DNA from: a virus
IMG/VR virus record: IMGVR_UViG_3300021185_002806
Length of the DNA: 64,000 nt
Strand: one strand, 5' to 3'
Below the pieces are notes generated by a model. The model was not told where the DNA came from, ran no database searches, and worked only from the letters and a program-made list of their open reading frames with translations. Both the position numbers and the translations under genes were made by a program. Positions within the stretch are counted from its first letter, which is position 1. Every line of letters starts with the position of its first letter. This document shows, piece after piece, positions 17,458-26,369 of the stretch.

Positions 17458-18465
17458 TTATGCCGCTCGTTTCATACAAGTGGTCTCAGCTAAACTCTTC
17501 CATCTGTCTCCTGACTTAGACATATTTCTAAGGTCTGCAATTTTCTGAGCCATTCTCAAAGAAACTTCTCTCAATTTCTTTTGATTTTCAACCATGAAGT
17601 CAATAATTTCAACTTCCTGTTCCTTGCTCAAACCTTTAGTATCAAATAGACCACCGTCTCTCGCAATCTGTTTAATTCTCAAGATTTTATCTCTTGCAGT
17701 GTCCATAGTCAAATCAAGATAGTGACACCTTGAAAGAATTGCTTCCAAGTGGTCTTTGATTTTGTTACCTTTAACTTTATCAAATTTCAAGTTAGTGATA
17801 AAGATAACTGAACCTTTGAATTCGAAAGTATCAGGAACACCTTCCCTTCTTAAGAAATGTGAGTCAGAGTTCCAAGAAATCTTCCTCTTCTTACCGCTAT
17901 CAAGTGCGGCCTTAAGAATGTTTAGTGCATCCTCATTAAAAAGAATACTATCACAATCGTCTAGTACTACGATACTCTTTGGATCAGAGTATTTGTAAAG
18001 TGTAGAGTAAAGACCAATCGCAGACATTGTACCTTTTACAAAAGTATGTCTAAGAGGCTTATCAGCCATCATGTCAAAGATTGAATCCTTTTCAAGTACT
18101 TGCTCAACACCAAATGTTTTACCAACACCAGGAGGTCCTGAAACTACCATACCTCTAACAACACCATCGATTGTTGCCTCGGTCATTTCATCTAAAATAG
18201 AGAAACGTTCAGCAATCCGATTCATCGCCTCTTCATCTGTTTCATTAACAGACGCAACAGAACCTTCAGAAACTTTTACATTTTCTGGGTCAACTTTAAC
18301 CCTAATCTTAGGATTATTAAATTTACTTTCCTCAGCATTAACAGTAATAAACCAAGACCCGTCTTTAGCTTGTTTCAGACTTGAAACAACCGGAAACGCA
18401 CCTTCTACTGATTCATTTCTATATGTACCTTTTTCGATTTGTGCTACTTGCATGTTCTCACTCAT
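17458..18465 (-). CDS. AAA+ ATPase
   Basis: Walker A GPPGVGKT, Walker B VLDDCD, FITN; start MSEN behind AGGAG. Confidence 0.82.
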   Translation of the reverse strand: MSENMQVAQIEKGTYRNESVEGAFPVVSSLKQAKDGSWFITVNAEESKFNNPKIRVKVDPENVKVSEGSVASVNETDEEAMNRIAERFSILDEMTEATIDGVVRGMVVSGPPGVGKTFGVEQVLEKDSIFDMMADKPLRHTFVKGTMSAIGLYSTLYKYSDPKSIVVLDDCDSILFNEDALNILKAALDSGKKRKISWNSDSHFLRREGVPDTFEFKGSVIFITNLKFDKVKGNKIKDHLEAILSRCHYLDLTMDTARDKILRIKQIARDGGLFDTKGLSKEQEVEIIDFMVENQKKLREVSLRMAQKIADLRNMSKSGDRWKSLAETTCMKRAA

Positions 18466-18507
18466 GTATTCACTCCTATGTTGTGTTTTAATTTTCATTA
18501 TGTATAT

Positions 18508-18535
18508 ACTATAACACGATTCGCTATATTGTCAA
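18508..18535 (-). promoter_or_regulatory. Early sigma70 promoter containing GANTC (CGATTCG)
   Basis: TTGACA-N16-TATAGT with TG extension. Confidence 0.72.
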
Positions 18536-18545
18536 GTTTTTGTAC

Positions 18546-19154
18546 CTATTTAATTTCATTATTATTTGCGGCTTCTTTAAGTTGTTTACGGCCGGCTGTC
18601 TGGGAGTCTCCAGATTTCCATGTTTTATATGTATGACAACATGCACATAATGTCTGAAAATTAGAACCATCAGTTGGTTCATTATATGGATTGCCGTCCA
18701 TATGGTCTACTTGTAACATCGGTTGAGGGAATCCATAATCTCTTAACCATTCTATTGATTTAGGCAATGGCGGGTCATAATATATATTGGTGGTGCATTT
18801 AAATCCCAAACGACCATCTATATTTTCACAGTAAGGTTTTCGCCATTGTAAATGATAAGGGGTGCCGCCATGCTGTTCACAGTATTCAGAAAACTTAAGT
18901 TCTCCTTCGTGATTTGTTCCTAACAATGTTGCTTTTTTTCTACAATTCTTAATTGTACATGTCGGATATTGGCGCTTTGTTAAATTCGATGATAAATTTT
19001 GAAAATTCTTTCGTCTTAAATTGTGACACTTTCCGCAGTATTTTCGCCAAACAGGCTTGTCTGCTGATGCCGTATTATGTGCTAAATCTTCACATCCTTC
19101 TGTTTGACATACCGGTCGTGGTACAGAATAATCATTCCTTTGGGCTTTAGCCAT
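18546..19154 (-). CDS. HNH endonuclease with Cys/His-rich repeats
   Basis: LQVDHMDGN...NFQTLCACCH; start MAKA behind GGAGG. Confidence 0.75.
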   Translation of the reverse strand: MAKAQRNDYSVPRPVCQTEGCEDLAHNTASADKPVWRKYCGKCHNLRRKNFQNLSSNLTKRQYPTCTIKNCRKKATLLGTNHEGELKFSEYCEQHGGTPYHLQWRKPYCENIDGRLGFKCTTNIYYDPPLPKSIEWLRDYGFPQPMLQVDHMDGNPYNEPTDGSNFQTLCACCHTYKTWKSGDSQTAGRKQLKEAANNNEIK

Positions 19155-19155
19155 A

Positions 19156-19413
19156 TCATAACCTCCGTTCAATCTCTTCCAGTTGTTTAAGATGTTTATT
19201 ATGCTTATCACGTATTAGTACATACTTGTCCCAAGTTGCATAATTATGACTTTCCGGTCCATGCATACTATTACGCATTCCAGCACTAGATTTTGCCAAT
19301 GCTTCACCAAATGGCCACCACTCTAATATTTCTTTTGTATCTTCCTTATATACCAAATATACCGGTATATTTTTAGAAATAGCATCTTCCAGTGTGTTGT
19401 TTTTCAAATTCAT
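19156..19413 (-). CDS. Hypothetical protein
   Basis: 85-aa ORF with GAGG RBS. Confidence 0.68.
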   Translation of the reverse strand: MNLKNNTLEDAISKNIPVYLVYKEDTKEILEWWPFGEALAKSSAGMRNSMHGPESHNYATWDKYVLIRDKHNKHLKQLEEIERRL

Positions 19414-19416
19414 TCT

Positions 19417-19584
19417 TTATTCCTCAAACTTGTCTACAATCTGTACAGTTTCTTCATTCACTGCTGTTTCGATTACATATTCTACACCATCAAGTTTTTG
19501 AGAGTGAAAATATGCTTTTGCGTCTTTCCACTCGGAGCAATATGCCACAACTTTATTAGTGCCTTTAATTTTTACAGTATACAA
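19417..19584 (-). CDS. Small hypothetical protein (55 aa, TTG start)
   Basis: Manually translated MYTVKIKGTNKVVAYCSEWKDAKAY...KFEE*; fills the gap exactly. Confidence 0.55.
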   Translation of the reverse strand: MYTVKIKGTNKVVAYCSEWKDAKAYFHSQKLDGVEYVIETAVNEETVQIVDKFEE

Positions 19585-19586
19585 TA

Positions 19587-20012
19587 TTATGCCGCCTTTT
19601 TAATATAAGGTTTATCCCATTTACCGACATTGATGTTTACATAAAATGCGGTATCAAAATAATCAATCATTGCATCTGAGTTGTCATAATATGCTCGTCC
19701 GCCTTCGGCTTTAGCAGGAGCAGTATGACAAATTTCTTTGATATCGTCAAATAACGATTCATATTTCCCATACATATGTGTGTGATAATGATTAATCTGT
19801 GCATGACCAGTGAACGGATAAAACTTATCGTTGTTATAACGGTCAGTATGACCCATGTCCTTATCACCATAAAAGTCCATTACGCCTTCCATAATTGAAA
19901 CGCTAATGCCTGTATAATGGTCACGTGTTACTGAGAACTTGATGTTTTTACCGAACTTCTCTTTGAGTGCTTTACGAACTTCTTTTACTTCGTTAGTTGA
20001 AATATAAGCCAT
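19587..20012 (-). CDS. LPD29-like early protein
   Basis: MAYIST.EVKEVRKALKEKF...KFSV...Y.DNSDAMIDYFD..FY pattern. Confidence 0.58.
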   Translation of the reverse strand: MAYISTNEVKEVRKALKEKFGKNIKFSVTRDHYTGISVSIMEGVMDFYGDKDMGHTDRYNNDKFYPFTGHAQINHYHTHMYGKYESLFDDIKEICHTAPAKAEGGRAYYDNSDAMIDYFDTAFYVNINVGKWDKPYIKKAA

Positions 20013-20045
20013 ATTGTTTACCCTCTTTCTATTGATTATGTAAAC

Positions 20046-20073
20046 ATTATAGCATGATTCGTGATTCTGTCAA
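20046..20073 (-). promoter_or_regulatory. Early sigma70 promoter containing two GANTC sites
   Basis: TTGACA-N16-TATAAT with TG extension; TGATTCG at 20055-20061. Confidence 0.78.
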
Positions 20074-20086
20074 GTTTTTGGGTATT

Positions 20087-20278
20087 TTAGTCTTTATTTT
20101 TAGGTATTTTTGCCCATCTGTCAATTTTTGTGCCTTTTCTGTTAGTATATTCTACTCTTAAATGAGTAAGGCCATCGGGCGCTTTGATTGATTTGAATAG
20201 TTTTTTAAGTCCTAAACCTTCTTTTTCTTCTATAAATTCTTTATCATCAGTGAATTTCACTTTGATTTTTCTCGTCAT
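20087..20278 (-). CDS. Small basic hypothetical protein
   Basis: 63-aa ORF. Confidence 0.62.
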   Translation of the reverse strand: MTRKIKVKFTDDKEFIEEKEGLGLKKLFKSIKAPDGLTHLRVEYTNRKGTKIDRWAKIPKNKD

Positions 20279-20338
20279 AAATCATCTTTGGTTGATTGTT
20301 TGGCCCTGGCTTTAGAGGCCAGGGCATTATATTATGTT

Positions 20339-20641
20339 TTACCCAAACACTTTTTCGTCTGCTAAGGCTCTGTAACCAGCGGCTACAACCCTTCTTAGGG
20401 GAGCTCCTAGTCTGTATACAGTTTTACCATGTTTGCTTTTATTAGCATATACGGCGTAACCTTTCATTCTCAAAGCACTGATAGTTGCTCTCGGATTTGC
20501 AACTCCATACCTATTTTTCATAGTAGCTTCTGTCAATGCTTCTCCGTCTTTTAATGCATTGATTATTTTCTCTTGTTTTGATGTTTTCATCATTTCTCCT
20601 TTAGGTGTTAGTGTATCTTTACGGTTTAACCAATTAAACAT
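20339..20641 (-). CDS. Winged helix-turn-helix protein
   Basis: IINALKDGEALT...YGVANPRATISALRMKGY; in-frame starts at 20641 and 20593/20590, both with a strong RBS. Confidence 0.7.
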   Translation of the reverse strand: MFNWLNRKDTLTPKGEMMKTSKQEKIINALKDGEALTEATMKNRYGVANPRATISALRMKGYAVYANKSKHGKTVYRLGAPLRRVVAAGYRALADEKVFG

Positions 20642-20666
20642 AAAGTACCTCCTTTTCTTATGGATT

Positions 20667-20695
20667 AGAATATCATAAGTTGCATAGTATGTCAA
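20667..20695 (-). promoter_or_regulatory. sigma70-like promoter
   Basis: TTGACA-N17-TATTCT with TG extension. Confidence 0.72.
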
Positions 20696-20743
20696 GGAAA
20701 AAAATAGGCAAAAAAGCCGCAGTTTTATTAGCTTTTTATAAAA

Positions 20744-21394
20744 TTATTTGTCTGAAATTGTATCTGCGTTAGCTAGTTGGATGTTTCTACGCTTGTTTAA
20801 AGCAAAGAAAACATGCCTCTCACTTTTGCCATCTGAATTTAATTCATAATAGTCATATTGTACTATTTCAAATCCTGCACGAATCATAAACAATCTGTAG
20901 TTATCCGGATGTAATGTAGCATAATATTTGTGTTCGTTTGTTGAATGCGGAACTTCAATATAAGCCCAACCATTGATTTTCATCATTCTATTGAGTTCTA
21001 AAAGCGTAAAAAATGGCATATGAGAAAACTGCAATGATTGACGCATCCATACCACATGAAAATAGTTGTTCATTACTTGATTAAAATTGTAATCCATAAG
21101 ATGTACTTTTAAGTCTTTTGCTTTACATTTGTCCCATTCTTCTTTTTCAATAGTAATTCCCTGAACGTTAGTGTATCCCAACTCGGAAAATTTTTCCATA
21201 GCATAACCTTCATTACAGCCAATATCTAAGATATTGATATCTTTCTTATCTGGATATGAGTTCTGTATAAATGGTATTAATTGTCTATCAATTATTTTTC
21301 TGTCTAATTCAGTTTCTGGTAGTCTTGCTACCTCATTTTGCATAGAAAACTTAAAGTTATTAAGCCTAATCCATTCTTCCGTAAATTCAGTCAT
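20744..21394 (-). CDS. Class I SAM-dependent methyltransferase
   Basis: ILDIGCNEG motif I; LLELNRMMKINGWAYIEVP. Confidence 0.82.
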   Translation of the reverse strand: MTEFTEEWIRLNNFKFSMQNEVARLPETELDRKIIDRQLIPFIQNSYPDKKDINILDIGCNEGYAMEKFSELGYTNVQGITIEKEEWDKCKAKDLKVHLMDYNFNQVMNNYFHVVWMRQSLQFSHMPFFTLLELNRMMKINGWAYIEVPHSTNEHKYYATLHPDNYRLFMIRAGFEIVQYDYYELNSDGKSERHVFFALNKRRNIQLANADTISDK

Positions 21395-21649
21395 TTAGTC
21401 CTCTTTGTTGATAAACATTTCTACTATTGGATGTTTATCTATAAATCGCATTGTTATTTCATAGGTATCACAATTCTCTAATCTGATATTATGATTACCA
21501 ATATCCATCATTATCTTCTGTAGCTTTAAGATAAGATTTTGGTCTACTTGTTTAGGTATTAAACAATAATGTGCATTATTATTTGGTTCTAGTGCTATAT
21601 GGTCTTGAACATCATAAACTACAGTACCCATTGCAGTTGCATCAATCAT
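21395..21649 (-). CDS. Hypothetical protein
   Basis: 84-aa ORF, ATGA overlap with nrdB. Confidence 0.65.
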   Translation of the reverse strand: MIDATAMGTVVYDVQDHIALEPNNNAHYCLIPKQVDQNLILKLQKIMMDIGNHNIRLENCDTYEITMRFIDKHPIVEMFINKED

Positions 21650-22776
21650 AGAGACATTCCGCCAAATGTTTCTTTATCAACGTCTTGTTTTACACCACCA
21701 ATAACATAAGATGAAATTTCTGTTTCTTGAGGTGCAACTTGTACATCTGCGCCAGCAATCCATTTTTGTGTCCAAGGTAATGGGTTTGCTTGTGACGTTT
21801 TGTATGGACATTTTAGTCCAACGGCTGTCATACGTTTGCAACAAATCCACTCAATATAGTCATCAAGTAATTTTGCATTCAAACCAATCATTGAACCATC
21901 TTTAAATAGATACTGTGCCCATTCTTTTTCTTGTTCTACTGCATCTACAAACATTTGGATACATTCTTCTTCTGTCTCTTTAGCAATCTGAATGAAGTCT
22001 GGATCATCTTTTGGTAGAAGTTTTAGAAGTGTTTGTGTAGATGCCAAGTGTAGATTTTCATCACGTGCAATTAGCTTAATAATCTTAGCATTGCCTTCCA
22101 TCTTTTTAAGTTCTGCAAATGCCCATGAACAAGCAAATGAGACATAGAAACGAACACCTTCTAAAATATTAACACTCATAAGTGTTTTATATAGAGATTT
22201 TTTAATTTCATATTCACTGATTGGTACTTTCTTACCATTGACTGTATGTGTGCCTTCGCCCAACAAGTTATAGAAACCTGTCATTTCAATTAGTTCATCA
22301 TAGTTTTTAGAAATATCATCTGCACAATCCATGATTTCATTGATATCCATCATTTCATCAAATACTTTTGATGGGTCTGAATAAACATTTCTAATAATGT
22401 GTGTATATGAACGTGAGTGAATTGTTTCTGAAAATGTCCAAGTTTGGATCCATGCTTCTAGTTCTGGAATAGATACTAGTGGGCCAAATGCTTCTACTGG
22501 TGCACGACCTTGTACACTATCTAGTAGAATTTGACGCTTTAGATTTGATGTAAAGATATGACGCTCATGGTCTGTAAGATTTTTAAAATCATTTGAATCT
22601 TTAGTTACATCTACTTCTTCTGGACGCCAAAAGAAACCTAGTTGCTTGTCAGTAAGTTTATCAAACTGTTTGTATTTTAACATATCAAAACGTTGAATTG
22701 CTACTCCGCCTGATGGGTCTAAGAAAGCCAATGCTTTCGTATGGTCTGCTTTATTATCTGAATTGAATACTGACAT
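21646..22776 (-). CDS. nrdB: Ribonucleotide reductase class Ia beta subunit
   Basis: FFWRPEEVD, ETIHSRSY, LEGVRFYVSF, DENLH. Confidence 0.96.
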   Translation of the reverse strand: MSVFNSDNKADHTKALAFLDPSGGVAIQRFDMLKYKQFDKLTDKQLGFFWRPEEVDVTKDSNDFKNLTDHERHIFTSNLKRQILLDSVQGRAPVEAFGPLVSIPELEAWIQTWTFSETIHSRSYTHIIRNVYSDPSKVFDEMMDINEIMDCADDISKNYDELIEMTGFYNLLGEGTHTVNGKKVPISEYEIKKSLYKTLMSVNILEGVRFYVSFACSWAFAELKKMEGNAKIIKLIARDENLHLASTQTLLKLLPKDDPDFIQIAKETEEECIQMFVDAVEQEKEWAQYLFKDGSMIGLNAKLLDDYIEWICCKRMTAVGLKCPYKTSQANPLPWTQKWIAGADVQVAPQETEISSYVIGGVKQDVDKETFGGMSL

Positions 22777-22808
22777 TTATATCTCTCTACTTTCTAGTTC
22801 TAATGTGA

Positions 22809-22816
22809 TATTTATC
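22809..22816 (-). promoter_or_regulatory. Late-type promoter GATAAATA before nrdB
   Basis: tatttatc on +. Confidence 0.5.
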
Positions 22817-22842
22817 TTTTTTGTTACTTTGTCATTCGATAT

Positions 22843-25155
22843 TTAGATAGCACAACTATCACAATATTCTTCATACTCTATGTCGCTGTTAAACTCTTCC
22901 CTTGACTTCAAATCCTCTGGAATATCTTTACTTACATCAATTTCCCCTTGTCCATCAAATGTATTAAAGTAATAAAGTTGTTTACCACCGTATTTGTAGA
23001 ACATAATAAGATGTTGCAACATCACTGACATTGGTATCTTTTCATCTTCAAAGAATATAGGGTTGTATGAAGTATTAACTGATATACCTTGGTCAATATA
23101 TTTTTGTAATACAGCCATAATTTTTAGATATCCCTCTGGCGACTCTTGGTCCCATAACAACTCATACTTGTTTTTTAACTTGTGAATACCGGGTACAACT
23201 TGCTTTAACACACCATGTTTGGACTGCTTAACACTAACCATACTTCTCGGTGGTTCTATACCATTAGTTGAATTTGATATTTGTGCAGACGTTTCAGCAG
23301 GCATAAGTGCCATCAGTGTTGAGTTACGAATGCCGTGTTTTTTTAAATCTTTTCTTAGACCTTTCCAGTCTTGTGTATATTTTCTTTTTACTAATTCATC
23401 AACCTCAGGTTTATATGTATCAATTGGCAAAATTCCGTTTCCGTACTTAGTTTGTGATGATAACGGACATGCATTGTATTCTTGTGCTAAAGTATTAGAT
23501 GCTTTGATAAGATGATACGACCACGCTTCTGCCCATTCATCAACAAGTTTTAAATCAGGGTCAGAATAGTTTGTATCATTCTTAGCTAACCAGTATGCAA
23601 AATTAATAATACCAACACCAAGAGGTCTTCTATTATTAGTTGAAATTTCAGCCGCAAGTACAGGATATCTTTGATAATCTAATAGAGCATCCAAGCCACG
23701 CACTGCTAACTCACAAGGTTTAGCAAAGTCTTCTGGTGTTTTAATATTTCCCCAATTAATCGCACTAAGAGTACAAAGAGCAATTTCACCTTCTTCATCA
23801 TGTAAATGTTTTAAAGGCTTCGTTGGTAGATTAATTTCGCAACATAAGTTTGACTGTCGTATAGGTGCCATATCTGAAATGAATGAACTATGCTCATTTG
23901 CATGGTCTACATTCATCAAATATATACGACCTGTATTTTTACGTTCATTCATAAATGCTGAAAATAAGTCTAATGCAGGAACTGTTCTTTTACGAATTTT
24001 AGTAGAACGTTCTGCTTTTTCATACAATTCACGAAATTTATCTTGGTCATCAAAGAATGCTTCATATAGACCAGGAACATCAGATGGAGAGAATAATGTA
24101 ATATCTCCTCCACTCATTAGACGTTCATACATTAATTTATTAAATTGTACACCATAATCCATATGACGTACTCTATTATCTTCTGTGCCTTTGTTATTCT
24201 TTAATACTAATAAGTCTTCTACTTCGTAATGCCATAACGGATAATATAAAGTTGCCGCTCCGCCACGGACGCCGCCTTGCGAACATGATTTTACACTTGC
24301 TTGAAATAATTTATAAAAAGGAATAACTCCTGTATGACTTGCATCTCCATTTCGTATTGGTGAATTTATAGCACGGATGCTACCGGCACCAATACCTATG
24401 CCTGCTTTCTGAGAAACATACTTGACCACTGCACTAGAGGTAGCATTTATAGAATCTAGTGAATCGTCTGTTTCAATCAGAACACAGGATGAAAACTGTC
24501 GCTGTGGCGTACGTACGCCAGCCATAACAGGAGTAGGCAGAGAGATATCAAAATTACTAATTGAATCATAGTATTCTCTGACATATTTCATTCTTGTTTC
24601 TTTTGGATAGTTACCAAATAAAGATGCAGAAATTAGAGCGTATGTAATCTGCGGTGTTTCAAAATGGTGCCCAGTTACCCTATTTTGAACTAAGTATTTG
24701 CCACGAAACTGTTCCATACCAACATATGCAATATTGAAATCTCTTTCGTGTTTGATAAAACTATTAATTTCTTCCCAATCTTCTTCTGAATAATCTTCAA
24801 GTAGTGATGGATCATAGAAACCTTTTTCTGTATTTAATTTAATAATATCACGAATATGCCATGGTTCAAAACTGTTATATACCATTTTTCTCAAATGATA
24901 GTTCACAAGATTACCCGCTACCCATTGATAGTTTGGAGTTTCTTCTGATATTAAATCTGCCGCGGCTTTAATCAATGTTTCTTGTATTTCTACACTAGTA
25001 ATACCATCAAAAAATTGAATATGTGATTTTAATTCTACTTCACTTGCACTTACACCTGCAATGCCTTCACATGCAAACATCACAACTTTGTGCATTTTTT
25101 CTAAGTCTAGTGGCTCTGGGATGCCGTCTCTTTTGATTACTTTAATTTCGCTCAT
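22843..25155 (-). CDS. nrdA: Ribonucleotide reductase class Ia alpha subunit
   Basis: ATP cone, QFSSCVL, QSNLCCEI, MPAETS, C-terminal CDSC. Confidence 0.97.
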   Translation of the reverse strand: MSEIKVIKRDGIPEPLDLEKMHKVVMFACEGIAGVSASEVELKSHIQFFDGITSVEIQETLIKAAADLISEETPNYQWVAGNLVNYHLRKMVYNSFEPWHIRDIIKLNTEKGFYDPSLLEDYSEEDWEEINSFIKHERDFNIAYVGMEQFRGKYLVQNRVTGHHFETPQITYALISASLFGNYPKETRMKYVREYYDSISNFDISLPTPVMAGVRTPQRQFSSCVLIETDDSLDSINATSSAVVKYVSQKAGIGIGAGSIRAINSPIRNGDASHTGVIPFYKLFQASVKSCSQGGVRGGAATLYYPLWHYEVEDLLVLKNNKGTEDNRVRHMDYGVQFNKLMYERLMSGGDITLFSPSDVPGLYEAFFDDQDKFRELYEKAERSTKIRKRTVPALDLFSAFMNERKNTGRIYLMNVDHANEHSSFISDMAPIRQSNLCCEINLPTKPLKHLHDEEGEIALCTLSAINWGNIKTPEDFAKPCELAVRGLDALLDYQRYPVLAAEISTNNRRPLGVGIINFAYWLAKNDTNYSDPDLKLVDEWAEAWSYHLIKASNTLAQEYNACPLSSQTKYGNGILPIDTYKPEVDELVKRKYTQDWKGLRKDLKKHGIRNSTLMALMPAETSAQISNSTNGIEPPRSMVSVKQSKHGVLKQVVPGIHKLKNKYELLWDQESPEGYLKIMAVLQKYIDQGISVNTSYNPIFFEDEKIPMSVMLQHLIMFYKYGGKQLYYFNTFDGQGEIDVSKDIPEDLKSREEFNSDIEYEEYCDSCAI

Positions 25156-25202
25156 GTTTTATCTCTCTAACTGGTAATGTATTTACTCATTACCGGTGTT
25201 CA

Positions 25203-25673
25203 TTAATGTCTGTTGTTTATTTCTGCATCTTCCATTCCTGCTACTCGTAACTTAATTATATTGGTTAACTGAAAGTGTTTAATCTCAAAACCTTTTGTTA
25301 TACCTAAATACTGATTACGGGTGTATGCTACTTGATTTATTAGTTCACTAATAGCAACAACCTCAGCTTCGCCATCTGCATACTTTTCTGCATCACGGGA
25401 ACTAAGTGCCTTGTTGTAGTTCTCTAAATATTTTCGTAAATATTCACTACGTTTTTTACGTAACTGTATATTTAGATGTTCTAGGATTGCTTCAAGTTCT
25501 TGTAATTGAGCAAAACGCAATTCAACGTAAGATGGCAAATGTGTAGCATTTTTCTCCACATTGCCATAAATTCTTACTTCTGAACGTGCATCCGATAATT
25601 CATTGGTGAAGTAATCAACGCAATCAGGAATTTTAGCCCAATCCTTAACTACCTTACTATACCAATTTTCCAT
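25203..25673 (-). CDS. uvsY: UvsY-like recombination mediator
   Basis: Helical 156 aa with YLENYNKALSSRDAEKYADGE; downstream of uvsX. Confidence 0.68.
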   Translation of the reverse strand: MENWYSKVVKDWAKIPDCVDYFTNELSDARSEVRIYGNVEKNATHLPSYVELRFAQLQELEAILEHLNIQLRKKRSEYLRKYLENYNKALSSRDAEKYADGEAEVVAISELINQVAYTRNQYLGITKGFEIKHFQLTNIIKLRVAGMEDAEINNRH

Positions 25674-25897
25674 TACCAGTCTTCCTCTTCATCTTCAAAT
25701 TCTTCGAAATACCTGTCTACCGCCGTTTCAAGTATCTTGTCTCCTTCAGCAAATTCATCTATCTCATTTTGTTCGATTCCACTATCATCGCACACTTTAA
25801 TAAATGTTTCTGCCGCTTCTAATTTATCTTTTGCTGGGATAAAAGGTAAAACTTTTTCCCATAACTCAAATACTGTTTCTAACTCTACTGCCGCCAT
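25673..25897 (-). CDS. Acidic hypothetical protein
   Basis: Start moved to MAAV behind GAGG RBS. Confidence 0.68.
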   Translation of the reverse strand: MAAVELETVFELWEKVLPFIPAKDKLEAAETFIKVCDDSGIEQNEIDEFAEGDKILETAVDRYFEEFEDEEEDW

Positions 25898-25904
25898 TTG
25901 GTCC

Positions 25905-26369
25905 TCATAAACGATGAGGCATGTATGCCTCATAAATTGCCGAATTTGCGCCATGTTCCGCACATTCTACTCTTACACAAAAACACCTACCATTTGAAGA
26001 TTCTCTTACGAGTTTATCCGCAAAACGCCAAGCGTGTTCTGAAAATTTTTCGACCCCTACACCATCTAATAGTGTAAGTTCTGCTAGACCAGATGATTCT
26101 AATTCAGTCAACTTATACAACAGAGGGTCATTTCTATCACAAACTACTTTATGGTCGAAACTATCCTCTAGCCATTTCTTTAGTGGTTTTAATCCACCAA
26201 AATCTACTACCCAATTACGTTCATCTAGTTCATTACATCCAAATGTAAATTTGAATGATAAACTATATCCATGTAATAAACTACAATGTGAATCTGCATG
26301 GGGCTGTCTAAACACTGCACTTAGTCCAATGTTATGCCCATAGCACTTGGTCGAAAAATATTTAGCCAT
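25905..26369 (-). CDS. queD: QueD / 6-pyruvoyl-tetrahydropterin synthase-like
   Basis: HCSLLHGY, WVVDFGGLK, FDHK, VECAE. Confidence 0.85.
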   Translation of the reverse strand: MAKYFSTKCYGHNIGLSAVFRQPHADSHCSLLHGYSLSFKFTFGCNELDERNWVVDFGGLKPLKKWLEDSFDHKVVCDRNDPLLYKLTELESSGLAELTLLDGVGVEKFSEHAWRFADKLVRESSNGRCFCVRVECAEHGANSAIYEAYMPHRL

